This document shows positions 10,313 to 20,884 of a stretch of 64,000 nucleotides of DNA, one piece after another. The position numbers were made by a program, and so were the translations under genes. The notes beneath the pieces are model-generated. The model was given only the letters and a program-made list of their open reading frames with translations, searched no databases and was not told the DNA's origin. This stretch comes from an uncultured delta proteobacterium (lineage in GTDB: Bacteria > Desulfobacterota > RBG-13-43-22). The stretch's first letter is position 1. Each line of letters opens with the position of its first letter. The stretch is from positions 1,184,001 through 1,248,000 of the forward strand of contig CAWBOS010000012.1 of the NCBI GenBank assembly GCA_963790475.1. The letters run 5' to 3'.

Positions 10313-11065
10313 ATGTCGTGTATGTTTTCTGTAATTGTGTCCTCAGCCCTTTGCTCAGTGTCTTTCGCTTCCCATCCGCTTATCACTGACGATGCCGGAA
10401 CTCAGGGAAAAGGGAAGTTCCAGTTGGAAGTAAACGGGGGGTATGGACAGGATGAAGATGAAGGAGTCACTACCAAAACTACCCAGATTTTGACTATGCT
10501 CACCTATGGCCTGTCAGACCCCGTAGACATCATAATCGGTCTTCCCTATGAGCACACACGGGTCGAGGATTCCGGCACAGTGACCAGGCAAGATGGAATC
10601 TCTGATATGTCTCTTGAAATGAAGTGGCGGTTTTACAAAAAGGACGGACTCAGTTTTGCTCTCAAGCCCGGCATTACCTTTCCGGCCGGCGACGACGAGA
10701 AAGGGTTGGGATCAGGGAGAGTGACCTATCACCTTTTTTTCATCGGGACCAAGGAGATAAAGCCATGGGCGTTTCATCTCAACCTCGGCTATATCAGGAA
10801 CGAAAACAAGCTCGATGAAGATAAGGACCTGTGGCACGGATCTCTTGCCTCAACGGTTGAAGTAAGAAAAAACCTCAAGTTTGTCGGGAATATCGGCCTG
10901 GAGAGAAACACAGACAGGAACCTCAATATTCCGAACGCATTTATTCTTGGAGGCTTCATCTATTCTCTATTAGAGAATTTCGATATCGATTTCGGAGTCA
11001 AAGGCGGATTGACAAAGCCCGAGGAGGATTATACTATCCTAGCGGGTATCACCTGGAGGTTTTAA
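10313..11065 (+). CDS. Putative outer-membrane beta-barrel 'transporter'
   Basis: Signal peptide, HPLITDDAGT, alternating beta-strand pattern, C-terminal TWRF. Confidence 0.7.
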   Translation: MSCMFSVIVSSALCSVSFASHPLITDDAGTQGKGKFQLEVNGGYGQDEDEGVTTKTTQILTMLTYGLSDPVDIIIGLPYEHTRVEDSGTVTRQDGISDMSLEMKWRFYKKDGLSFALKPGITFPAGDDEKGLGSGRVTYHLFFIGTKEIKPWAFHLNLGYIRNENKLDEDKDLWHGSLASTVEVRKNLKFVGNIGLERNTDRNLNIPNAFILGGFIYSLLENFDIDFGVKGGLTKPEEDYTILAGITWRF

Positions 11066-11752
11066 ATGCATATACCTGACGGTTACCTGAGTCCTCAAAC
11101 GTATGTGCCCCTCTTCGGGGCGTCTTTTGTGTTCTGGTCTGTTGCCCTTAAGAAGATGAATAAAGAGCTTTCCATGAAACACATCCCCTATCTGGCTATG
11201 TCAGCGGCTTTTTCTTTTCTTATAATGATGTTTAATGTGCCTATCCCGGGGGGAACCACGGGCCATGCGGTCGGCGGCGGGATTATCGCGATTCTGCTTG
11301 GGCCGTGGACGGCGGTCATAGCCGTATCTGTCAGCCTGATCATTCAGGCCATAGTCTTTGGCGACGGCGGAATAACCGCGATAGGGGCAAACTGCTTTAA
11401 CATGGCGGTGGTCATGCCCTTCGTCTCTTATTGGGTGTTCAGACTTATAAAAGGGAATGCCGATGGCGGCGCAAGGTTATCGATCGCAGCCTTTCTCTCC
11501 GGTTATGTCGGTCTTTCTGTCGCCGCGGTCTTTACCGGGGTCGAATTCGGAATTCAACCAATGCTGGCAACCGGTCCCGACGGAAGACCCCTCTATGCTC
11601 CTTACCCGCTGTCTGTGGCTCTTCCGGCCATGGTCCTGGAGCATTTGCTGATATTCAGCATCGTTGAGGGGGTAGTAACCGTATTGTTATTTCGATATTT
11701 TGCAAGGCATGAGCCAGGGCTGGTCTATGCCTTGAAAGCAAAGGAGGCCTAA
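11066..11752 (+). CDS. cbiM: Ni/Co ECF transporter S component
   Basis: MHIPDGYL N-terminus, GGTTGHAVGG, GDGGITAIGAN. Confidence 0.95.
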   Translation: MHIPDGYLSPQTYVPLFGASFVFWSVALKKMNKELSMKHIPYLAMSAAFSFLIMMFNVPIPGGTTGHAVGGGIIAILLGPWTAVIAVSVSLIIQAIVFGDGGITAIGANCFNMAVVMPFVSYWVFRLIKGNADGGARLSIAAFLSGYVGLSVAAVFTGVEFGIQPMLATGPDGRPLYAPYPLSVALPAMVLEHLLIFSIVEGVVTVLLFRYFARHEPGLVYALKAKEA

Positions 11753-11753
11753 G

Positions 11754-12089
11754 ATGACAAAATCTCAGAAGAAACTCTGGATAGGCCTGCTTATTCTAAC
11801 CCTGCTTACCCCGTTGGGGATCATCCTCCCTGAAAAATTTAAAGCAGGAGGGGCATGGGGTGAATGGGGACCGGAAGAACTTAAGAAGCTTATCGGTTAT
11901 ATGCCGGAAGGATTAAAGAGATTATCTGATCTCTGGAAAGCACCGGTCCCCGACTATAACTTCGGCGGAGAAGGAGCTTCCCTGACTAGCCAGGTAATAT
12001 CTTATATAGTTTCCGGACTTATCGGGATCCTGGCGGTCGGAATTGTTATCTACCTGATTTCAAAGGTTGTTGTAAGGAATGAAAAATAA
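11754..12089 (+). CDS. NikN-like/PDGLE-type accessory subunit
   Basis: Two TM helices, AWGEW, APVPDY; operon position. Confidence 0.8.
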   Translation: MTKSQKKLWIGLLILTLLTPLGIILPEKFKAGGAWGEWGPEELKKLIGYMPEGLKRLSDLWKAPVPDYNFGGEGASLTSQVISYIVSGLIGILAVGIVIYLISKVVVRNEK

Positions 12090-13006
12090 GGTCCCCTCAT
12101 TCCTTACTGGAAAGGCCTTCCTCTGACTCTTTTATTCAGGGCAAGGGGGGCCTGAAGATATCTTTTATCGAGCAGGGCATTCATCACCTGGCGGAGGTCA
12201 TCAAGACCGGATACGTCCAGGGACGAACATCATCGGGCGATAATTTCTTTCATAAGATCGACGCCAGAGTAAAAGTCCTCTTTCTCCTCTTTTATGTAAT
12301 TATCGTCAGCTTAAAAAAAGATATCCAATCGGAATTTTTGATTGGGACCTTTGTCTTCGTGTTGACGTTGTTGTCGCGCCTGGATATTTTCAGTCTTTAT
12401 AAGCGTGTCCTTTTCTTTGCCTTTATCTTCGGTTTTCTCATTGCTCTTCCCTCTGCTCTCAACATCATCACCAAGGGTGAAATTATTCTCCCGATACTGC
12501 ACCTTTCCAAATCCTATCGGTTCTGGATCTATCAGATACCTGAAGAGATCGGCTTCACCAGGGAAGGGGTGTATGGCGTTCTGATACTCACCTCGAGGGT
12601 TCTGAACTCTCTGGCCCTTTCATTCTTTGTTTTGTATACAACAACCTTCACTGAGATAATAAAGGCCCTCAAGGTGTTGAAGGTCCCCGACAGCTTTCTT
12701 ATGATCGTGACCCTATCTTACAAATATGTGTTCATCTTCGCCAAGACGATTGAAGATATGCACTTGGCTAAGAAAAGCCGATTGGCCGGAAAAGTTAGCA
12801 ATGCCGAGGCCAGGCGATGGATCGCCGGAAGGCTGGCCTTCATGTTCAAAAAGAGCCGCTTGCGCTGTGAAGAGATTTTCAAGGCGATGCTCGGCAGAGG
12901 TTATTCAAACAACGTAAAGATCTTCGGGGTCAAGAAGCTCCAGGCCCGCGATTGGATCGCGGGCGCCGTCCTTTTTCTGGTTGGGGTTCTCTTTTTATGG
13001 ATATGA
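12079..13006 (+). CDS. cbiQ: ECF T component CbiQ/NikQ, with a 1-nt frameshift near 12100
   Basis: ATG 12079 MKNKVPSF stops early; the +1 frame continues LLERP...KIDARVK...AKKSR...AMLGRG. Confidence 0.82.
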
Positions 13007-13007
13007 G

Positions 13008-13823
13008 GTGAACTTGAAAGACATTATACGCTTTGAAGGAATAAGTTACAGCTACTACGATATAGTTCCCGCCCTGTGTGATATCAATCTTTCAATCAGA
13101 GAAGGAGAGAGATTTGCTATTATCGGCGCAAACGGAAGCGGCAAGTCAACCCTCCTGCAGATCATGAACGGCCTTATCGGTCAATCAAAGGGGAAATATT
13201 TTTTCAGAGGGAATGAGGTATCAGAACAGACTTTAAAAGATAAGGGGTTTCTACGGTTCTTCAGAGAGCGGGTGGGGTATGTTTTTCAGGACTCTGACGT
13301 GCAACTGTTCTGTCCGACTGTTCTGGATGAGCTTCTTTATGGACCCCTTCAGTTGGAGATCGAAGAAAAAGAAGCCCTGGATAGGGCTTTTGAGGTAATG
13401 CGGATTCTGAACATTGAAAACTTGAAAGACAGACCTTCCACCATGCTCTCCGGAGGAGAGAAAAAGAGGGTCACCATTGGTTCGGTTCTCACGATGAATC
13501 CGGAGATATTGCTTCTTGATGAGCCGACAAGCGGACTGGACCCCAGGACCCAGGTTTTTCTCGTCGAGCTGATGCTGGCCTTAAGTGATGCCGGCAAGAC
13601 TCTGGTGATGGCGACCCATGACCTTTCGCTGGTCGATGAGCTGCATATGCAGGTTGCTCTCCTGTCAGAGGAACATAGGATTGTGAAGATCGCCTCTTCT
13701 GACGAAATACTGAAAGATGAAGATTTGCTACTCAATGCAAATCTCATTCACGAACATGTTCACTATCATGGTCAGGCCATCCATAAGCATAGGCATTCTC
13801 ATTTCTTGTTTCACAAGCATTGA
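13008..13823 (+). CDS. cbiO: ECF ATPase CbiO/NikO with His-rich tail
   Basis: GANGSGKST, LSGGEKKR, LLLDEPT; HEHVHYH...HKHRHSH. Confidence 0.93.
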   Translation: MNLKDIIRFEGISYSYYDIVPALCDINLSIREGERFAIIGANGSGKSTLLQIMNGLIGQSKGKYFFRGNEVSEQTLKDKGFLRFFRERVGYVFQDSDVQLFCPTVLDELLYGPLQLEIEEKEALDRAFEVMRILNIENLKDRPSTMLSGGEKKRVTIGSVLTMNPEILLLDEPTSGLDPRTQVFLVELMLALSDAGKTLVMATHDLSLVDELHMQVALLSEEHRIVKIASSDEILKDEDLLLNANLIHEHVHYHGQAIHKHRHSHFLFHKH

Positions 13824-14142
13824 AAAACGGATTTCGCTTACTCGATGAAAACGACTTCTTCACCTCCACCCCCCGAGTCAGGTGCATCAAAAATCTTTGC
13901 TTAACACTACGGCCCATAAAATAGGAGAAGCCCTGAAGTTCTTCAGGGTTCACCATGCCTCAAGCGTTCATGGCCCTTTATAGTGAAGGATAAATCAAAT
14001 GGGCCTGATGTCAAAAAAATAATGGATTCCGATAAGGGTTGGGTCCTATATCCCGTGGTTGTCTTTTCTCCTTTACACCAATTGCTTTTTATGATAAATT
14101 AGCACATTTAAGTATCTTTTGGGGAGGCGATTTTATTTCACC

Positions 14143-15204
14143 ATGCCGAATTCGATAATTACGGGAACAGGAAGCTATATTCCGACGTTAAATATTGACA
14201 ATGAGTATTTCCTTGGGCATGAATTTTACGGGGCCAATGGGAAAAAAAATGAAAAGTCGAACTTAGACATTATCCGCAAATTCAATGAAATAACCTGTAT
14301 CAATGAACGAAGGTATGTGACCGACGATCTTGACACATCGGAAATCGCCTTCATTTCCGCTGAACAAGCGCTGGAGGGGGTGGACAGGGAAACGCTTGAT
14401 TACATTATCGTCGGACATAATTTTGGAGAATTGAGGGCCGATAATCCGAGATCGGACATGGTTCCTTCCGTCGCTGCCCGCGTAAAGCATAAGCTGAGGA
14501 TAAAGAATCCCTTTACCGTTGCCTATGATGTCCTCTTTGGCTGTCCCGGCTGGCTGCAGGGCATGATCATGGCTGATTATTATATCAGATCGGGTGAAGC
14601 AAAAAAGATCCTGGTAATCGGAGCGGAGACCCTTTCCCGGGTTTCAGACCCCCACGACATAGACAGCATGATCTATTCCGACGGCGCCGGGGCTACCCTG
14701 GTTGAAGCCACAGACCGAAAAGTGGGAATATTATCCCATGTAACCCGATCTGACACTTTTAACGAAGCCTATCTGTTGCGGCTTGGACAATCCTACGGCC
14801 CAGAATATGTCGATAACAGGCTGTTTCTCAAGATGGATGGTCATGAGATTTACAAGTATGCCGTCAGGAATGTGGCCGATGCCGTAAAACAGAGTCTCGA
14901 CAAAGCGGGTCTTTCCTTAAGCGACGTTAAGAAAGTTTTGATACACCAGGCCAATCAAAAGATGGATGAAGCGATTTTGAAAAGAGTGCTCAAGCTATAT
15001 CAAATGGAAAAAAATCCGGAAGAAATTATGCCCATGACGATTTCCTGGCTGGGTAACAGCTCGGTAGCCACCTTGCCTACGCTATTTGATCTGTTGCAGA
15101 GGGGAAAACTGAATAATCATATCCTTCATCCAGGGGATATCGCTGTTTTTGCATCTGTAGGGGCAGGCATGAACATTAATTCAATGGTCTATAAAATGCC
15201 TTGA
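14143..15204 (+). CDS. fabH: 3-oxoacyl-ACP synthase III
   Basis: ITGTGSYIP; catalytic FGCPG, HQAN, GNSS; GAGM. Confidence 0.9.
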   Translation: MPNSIITGTGSYIPTLNIDNEYFLGHEFYGANGKKNEKSNLDIIRKFNEITCINERRYVTDDLDTSEIAFISAEQALEGVDRETLDYIIVGHNFGELRADNPRSDMVPSVAARVKHKLRIKNPFTVAYDVLFGCPGWLQGMIMADYYIRSGEAKKILVIGAETLSRVSDPHDIDSMIYSDGAGATLVEATDRKVGILSHVTRSDTFNEAYLLRLGQSYGPEYVDNRLFLKMDGHEIYKYAVRNVADAVKQSLDKAGLSLSDVKKVLIHQANQKMDEAILKRVLKLYQMEKNPEEIMPMTISWLGNSSVATLPTLFDLLQRGKLNNHILHPGDIAVFASVGAGMNINSMVYKMP

Positions 15205-15329
15205 AGCCGAGAAACCAGGGGGATTGCTTCGTCACTGTCCTCTTCGCCAGGACAGACTAAAAAACTTCTAATTAGTTAGGAGTTCAATTTTATCGTATCG
15301 TTCCAATAAGGAACTGGAGGAATTATCCA

Positions 15330-15542
15330 ATGGCCAATAAATCAAAAGCCACTTTCAGGAAAATGGAAAAGGAAAAGGCCCGGCAGCAAAAGCAGAGAGA
15401 TAAAGAGGCCCGCCGCCTTCAATCGAAAACAACGAATTCAGCGGGATCATCAAAAATCGGGGATGAAGACCCGGACATCGCAGGCATCAGACCTGGCCCT
15501 CAACCCCTGCCTGAGCAGTGGAACGATGGCGAAAAAGAATAA
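15330..15542 (+). CDS. Small basic hypothetical protein
   Basis: Good RBS; EKEKARQQK...DPDIAGIRPGPQP. Confidence 0.7.
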   Translation: MANKSKATFRKMEKEKARQQKQRDKEARRLQSKTTNSAGSSKIGDEDPDIAGIRPGPQPLPEQWNDGEKE

Positions 15543-15548
15543 GGGATA

Positions 15549-15872
15549 TTAAATTTCTTCGGGTCGGGATATCTCCTCTTTTTCCTTTCTCATGGCCTCT
15601 TTCCCGGCATCAAAAGCTGAGGAAAGGATTCCCCTTTTTTGCTCTACAAATTCTTTCCCTTTTTCAATAAAAGTTGCCGCTTTTTCTTTCCATTCTTCGG
15701 AAAGCTGGCCTGATTTTTCCTTAACCTCATCGGTCAGGTCCTTTAACTTTACCCGGGTCTGAGTCCCTTCCCACGGGGCATAGAGAATGGCCATGGCGGC
15801 TCCAGCCAATCCGCCTAAGATAAAAGACAGGACTACCGCACTTCCAGAAAACCCACAGTTTTCATTAGACAT
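15549..15872 (-). CDS. YtxH-domain protein
   Basis: FILGGLAGAAMAILYAPWEGTQTR. Confidence 0.85.
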   Translation of the reverse strand: MSNENCGFSGSAVVLSFILGGLAGAAMAILYAPWEGTQTRVKLKDLTDEVKEKSGQLSEEWKEKAATFIEKGKEFVEQKRGILSSAFDAGKEAMRKEKEEISRPEEI

Positions 15873-15873
15873 A

Positions 15874-16263
15874 TTATTTTCCTCCTTTTTCTTTTCTTTT
15901 AAACAGGGTTCGCCCGGCAGTTTTTACTCCAACCGCCAAGCCGGCCAGATTCACTAAGGCGGGGGAGATTCCTCCGCGCATGATCCGGTTAATCATGTTA
16001 AAAATTTGCGCCGATTCTTTTAAGGTCTTAAAAAGGCCTTCCAATTGATCCAAACGTTCCCGGGTCTGAGCCAGGATACCATTCATACTTTCGGAAGTTT
16101 CCCTCAAGTTTCGGACCAGGGGGGTGAGCTCTTTTTCCAAGGAATTTAAAAAGGTGTTCAGATTACTAACTGTTCTGGTAACCTGCATCAGAGTCCGGAT
16201 AAGGAAAAAAGCAACCAGTGCCGTCACGACCAGGAATCCCCAGCCTATCCAATTCCAATCCAA
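15874..16263 (-). CDS. DUF948-like protein
   Basis: N-terminal TM plus coiled coil; adjacent to YtxH. Confidence 0.75.
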   Translation of the reverse strand: MDWNWIGWGFLVVTALVAFFLIRTLMQVTRTVSNLNTFLNSLEKELTPLVRNLRETSESMNGILAQTRERLDQLEGLFKTLKESAQIFNMINRIMRGGISPALVNLAGLAVGVKTAGRTLFKRKEKGGK

Positions 16264-16466
16264 AATGAAGCCCCCCTTTCAATTTTTTTTATACCTTATC
16301 ATACTATCTTGTGAAAAGCAATTGATTTAACAACCTAATATAACTCTAAGCCAACCCATTTGAAATTTTGGGGAGGGTCAAAGGGGGTCTTGTTTTTGGG
16401 GATTGTTCCATAAGAGGTTAGGGACAACTTCCCTGATGATTTTATAAAAGAATCGAAAAGACTTTC

Positions 16467-17255
16467 TTAAATAGTCTCTATCCTAATCGTTCCCGAGAGG
16501 TAAGGTACCGCTTTGCCACCGATTGAGACCCGATCCCCCTGGTCAAGACAGAATAATTCTCCTCCCCGCTCTGAAAGCTGGAAGGCATGCAATTGCTTCT
16601 TGCCAAGGCGTTCAGACCAATAGGGGATCAAGGAACAGTGGGCGGACCCGGTGACCGGATCTTCCGGAACACCAACCTTGGGGGCGAAAAAACGGGAGAC
16701 AAAGTCGCTGTTCTTGCCTGGTGCGGTGACAATCACCGCAAAGGGTTCCAGGGCCGCCACTCTTGCCAAATCGGGTTGCAGCCTGCGGACTTGACCCTCT
16801 TCTTCATAGACGACTACCAAGTCTCTGGCGCGGAGAGTCTGCACCGAAGGAATTCCCAATATCTCGCCCAAATGGTCCGGAGGCGGACAAGGCTCCGGCC
16901 TCCTGGAAGGGAAATCCATGGTCAATAAATCTCCCTGCAGTTTGACCGACAGTAACCCACTCTTGGTTTGAAAGTCCACCCGCCTGGCTTGAGGGGTGAT
17001 GTATTCAAATACGGCAAAGGCGCTGGCCAGGGTCGCGTGTCCGCACAGATCAACTTCCAACTTCGGGGTGAACCAGCGCAGCTCATAGAAGCTGCCGGCC
17101 GGGACCAGGAAAGCAGTTTCCGAAAGGTTGTTCTCGGCGGCGATGGATTGAAGTATAGTGTCCTCCAACCATCGATCCAATAAACATACCCCGGCCGGAT
17201 TTCCGGCAAAAACCCGATCTGTAAAAGCATCAATTTGATAAAATGGAATATCCAT
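16467..17255 (-). CDS. PhzF-family isomerase
   Basis: DAFT..FAGNPAGV, EVDLCGHATLA, EDPVTGSAHC. Confidence 0.93.
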   Translation of the reverse strand: MDIPFYQIDAFTDRVFAGNPAGVCLLDRWLEDTILQSIAAENNLSETAFLVPAGSFYELRWFTPKLEVDLCGHATLASAFAVFEYITPQARRVDFQTKSGLLSVKLQGDLLTMDFPSRRPEPCPPPDHLGEILGIPSVQTLRARDLVVVYEEEGQVRRLQPDLARVAALEPFAVIVTAPGKNSDFVSRFFAPKVGVPEDPVTGSAHCSLIPYWSERLGKKQLHAFQLSERGGELFCLDQGDRVSIGGKAVPYLSGTIRIETI

Positions 17256-17328
17256 GTTTTATTCTCCTTTCCGTTTGGGGACCCGTATCCCCTTCGCCTT
17301 TAGGATATAATAATTTATTATAAGTCAA

Positions 17329-17876
17329 CTATTTCTTGGCTTCAACATAGGAAGCAAATAACCTATCCATGCTTGATTTAACCATCTGATGTTTGTTCAG
17401 GGTTGCCTCCAGCAGTTCATCGAAAACAAAGAGAAGGTGCTCATCCAAAATGTTCAAACCCTCTTCGGTGATCCCGCCTTTGGTGGCTACCCGGGCTATC
17501 AATTCATCCAATCCCCTCTTCTTCTCCTGGAGCAGCCGTGCTGTTCCCAGATAGGTTATCAAGACCATTTCTTCGACTCCCTGTTGCGAAAACCGGCTCT
17601 GTTTTAATCCGGCCTGTACAAAATGCCTGAGGATGGAGGCAAAAAAGGCCGGGGCGCAGCTGGTTAAATGCGCCCCGATCTCAAAATGATCTTCAGGGAT
17701 GACCTTGACGATTCCTAAACTTGGACCTCTGGAAACAAGGAGACCAGACCTTTGATTCTTTCTTTCGTTCGGGTAGAGATCAGGACTTCCTGCTGTGAGA
17801 AAGCGCCAAAATCCAAAAGTCCTTTCAGCAAGGAACCCCCCAAACTTCCCAAGCCGATAAAACCAATTTTTTCCAT
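17329..17876 (-). pseudogene. Pyrroline-5-carboxylate reductase/ComER-like, internally deleted
   Basis: KIGFIGLGSLG Rossmann start stops after 53 aa; another frame resumes at LTSCAPAF...VATKGGITEEG; the middle is missing. Confidence 0.75.
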
Positions 17877-17966
17877 TGCCCCTCCTCTTTGGGCCATCCC
17901 GAAATCTGATGGAATCAGTATAAATCCATTGCCGAATAATAACAGATGCAATATTATAAAATTGTT

Positions 17967-18002
17967 ACCAGTACAGTTATATTTTTTATAAACTGTATTG
18001 GT
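17967..18002. promoter_or_regulatory. Putative MocR operator
   Basis: Inverted repeat ACCAGTACAGTT-N12-AACTGTATTGGT in the divergent intergenic region. Confidence 0.6.
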
Positions 18003-18078
18003 TTAAAAATCAGACCACTGTATCTTTGGGAAAGAATTAGTCGGCACTATAATGGGCCTTAGTGAGGGACCGTCATTT

Positions 18079-19509
18079 ATGAAAAATAAGGAATTCAATC
18101 TTTACGAAAAAGTGGCCGCCAATATGGCCCGGCTGATAGACCAGGGCACCTTTCGGCCCGGAGATCGCATCCCTTCCATCCGAGGTCTCAGCCGCCGGAA
18201 GAAGGTCAGTATAAGCACGGTCATGGAAGCTTATCGCCTTCTCGAAGATCGTGAGTTGATCGAAGCCCGTCCCCAGTCGGGTTATTATGTGCGCCGTTTG
18301 TATCACCAGACCCTCATTGAACCAAAACCGACTAAACCGGAGAAAAGTCCGACCACCGTCAGTGTTGATGAGTTGGTCAGGATGGTGATACGAGACAGCC
18401 GGAACCGGAATCTTGTTCCCCTGGGTGCGGCCGTTCCCAATCCTGAAAATCTGCCCGTTGGCAAGTTGAACCGAATCCTGGCCTCCGTGGTCCGGCAAAA
18501 AGGTTCCCAGAGCATTTCCTATGAGATGTCCAACGGCTTCGAGGACCTCCGAGTTCAGATTGCCCGGCGTTTATTCTCTTCCGGGTGCTCATTAAACCCC
18601 CGGGAGATATTGATCACCTCCAGGATGACAGGAAGCGGTTACGCTCTCTCTGATGGCTGTCTGCCGCCCGGGAGACACGGTGGCCATAGAATCCCCGACC
18701 TATTTTAATCATCTCCAAATGTTGGAGGTACTTCGGCGCAAGGCCATAGAAATCCCGACCCACCCCCGTTATGGAATCAGCCTGGAGGCCTTGGGGACAG
18801 TTTTGAAAAAGAACAGGATACGGGCTTGCCTGCTTATCCCCAATTTCAGCAATCCTCTGGGAAGCCTGATGCCCGATTACCGGAAACAGGCACTGGTTAA
18901 AATGCTCGCCCAAAATGACCTTCCCCTCATCGAAGATGACATTTACGGGGATCTTGGTTTTTCTCCGGAAAGGCCAAGAGTGGTCAAAGCCTTTGATAAA
19001 GAAGGACTGGTGCTTCTGTGCTCTTCTTTTTCCAAGACCCTGGCCCCGGGATACCGGATAGGCTGGGTTACCCCGGGACGTTTCCAAACGGAGATAGAAC
19101 GATTGAAATCGGCCTGCACCATCGCCACAGCCACGGTCCCTCAGATGGCCATTGCCGAATTTTTAGTCAATGGGGGTTATGATCATCACCTCAGAAAAAT
19201 CCGAAGGATTTATATGCGGCAGATCTGGTCGATGACCCAGGCGGTAGGGAAATTTTTCCCCCCCGGAACCAAGGTAACCCGGCCGCGGAGGATTTGTGCT
19301 TTGGGTGGAATTACCGGAATATGCCGATGCCCGGAAGCTTTACGAACTGGCGCTGAAGGCCGGGATCACCATTGCCCCCGGCTCCCATCTTTTCCGTCAG
19401 GCAGGGATATCCGAATTATATCCGTCTGAATGCCGCCTTCTGGTCGGATAAAATCGAAAAGGCCCTGGCCACCTTGGGAGGGCTGGTGGAGACGATGAAG
19501 CCTGCCTGA
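18079..19509 (+). pseudogene. MocR-type GntR/PLP-aminotransferase regulator with 3 frameshifts and an in-frame TGA
   Basis: PGDRIPSIR, EARPQSGYYV, EDDIY, SFSKTLAPGYRIGW, GGFVLWVELP; shifts near 18620, 19287 and 19383. Confidence 0.82.
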
Positions 19510-19782
19510 GCCTGTACTAAAATCCCTTTTTTTCTCCTTAACTTCTCTTCAATCTTTTTGATCCCAATATTATATGAAAATAGGTTTAAAAAAAGGGATG
19601 CCCTGGGATGAGCCGAGATAAGGCGGGATATCTTATTTAAATTAAAGGATATTTGAATGACTTTAAAATATAGTTTAGGTTTTAGTTAAAACCTTAAAAA
19701 TTCCATTTTCCCCACCCTATAGAATGAAACTCATAAAACAAAATTAATAAATATTTCTATATATTATAATTGGTCTTAATGG

Positions 19783-19798
19783 AAACCTATTTGCAATT
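19783..19798 (+). repeat. Left-flank end motif AAACCTATTTGCAATT (inverted variant at 19576-19587)
   Basis: 16/16 identical to 29132-29147. Confidence 0.75.
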
Positions 19799-19953
19799 GG
19801 CTTATTAGAGGGTCAAATTTTCAAGTTAAAAATATATAATGAGGGTCATTGTCATTAAGTATCTATAATTTCATAAAAATTTTTCTGATACACAATACCA
19901 AAAGCGAAAACAATGAGGTTCACCAGAGGTTCATCATTTTTTTTATTTTTCCC

Positions 19954-20005
19954 TTGCAAAAACGTTTTTAATGGTGTATTAATATGAGGTACGATAGGAT
20001 CATAT
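19954..20005 (+). promoter_or_regulatory. Sigma70-like promoter plus palindromic operator
   Basis: TTGCAA-N17-TATTAA; ATATGA-N12-TCATAT at 19982-20005. Confidence 0.6.
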
Positions 20006-20011
20006 TTCATA

Positions 20012-20599
20012 ATGATTGATATTTATAGCAATCGAGATCTCGTTAAATGGTTCAAGATGAGCCCTAGTCAGGCCATTCACTGGACCGAGCGCGGCCTAAT
20101 AAGCTTCGTCGTAGATTCAAGAGGTAGAGGATCACAAAGAGGATATGATATTCAGGGAGTTTTCCAGGCTGGCATCGTTAAATCATTATTTGATATGGGG
20201 CTAAGTCTTCATATGGTGAAGAGTATTATGGCTCAACTTGTAAGGCACGAAAAACTCGAAAATATCATGGATCAATTAGATAAACCTCGTCATGATTTGG
20301 TAGAAATTATAGAAAAAGGTCCCATTGGGGTTTTGTTGTATTATCTCATGAAAGATGGGCCTGGAAGATTATTCATCTCCCTTCGTCCCGTTCGAGACGT
20401 TCTCTCGGGCTTTACCGAAGATAGTTTACCCAATGAAGGAATTTCGAATATTAGCGGCTTTATTTTTTTGGACCTGGGGTCAATCTGGTGGCGGGTTCAT
20501 AGAGAGGCTCTTAAGGTTCCACGGAAGGAAACGCTCACTGATCTGGCTGGCGAATGGGAGCACTCAACCGAGAATATACCTACTATTAAAAAGAAATAA
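20012..20599 (+). CDS. MerR-like HTH regulator (putative repressor)
   Basis: YSNRDLVKWF..SQAIHWTERGLI...GRGSQRGY winged HTH. Confidence 0.72.
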   Translation: MIDIYSNRDLVKWFKMSPSQAIHWTERGLISFVVDSRGRGSQRGYDIQGVFQAGIVKSLFDMGLSLHMVKSIMAQLVRHEKLENIMDQLDKPRHDLVEIIEKGPIGVLLYYLMKDGPGRLFISLRPVRDVLSGFTEDSLPNEGISNISGFIFLDLGSIWWRVHREALKVPRKETLTDLAGEWEHSTENIPTIKKK

Positions 20600-20660
20600 A
20601 TTTTTTTGGTGATCATGATATATAATACGATCATATGTCACACTTTAAGTGGAGAAGAAA

Positions 20661-20876
20661 ATGCTTAGTTGGTTAAAATTAAGAATTCGACTCGAATACC
20701 AAGTTCAGGGGGATTTCGCCCGAGCCTGTGGAAAGTCTGAGGCTTGGCTTTCCAGGATAGTTCGAGGGCGGAAAGAACCAACCAAAGAAGACAAAGAGTT
20801 GATCATCTCAAAATTAAAACCAGAATTTCCGGAAATGCTTTTTATTAATACAGACCAGGCAAAAGACGAACAATAA
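20661..20876 (+). CDS. Cro/Ner-like XRE HTH protein
   Basis: QGDFARACGKSEAWLSRIVRGRKEP; sits just before the transposase. Confidence 0.8.
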   Translation: MLSWLKLRIRLEYQVQGDFARACGKSEAWLSRIVRGRKEPTKEDKELIISKLKPEFPEMLFINTDQAKDEQ

Positions 20877-20884
20877 GGCCAGTA

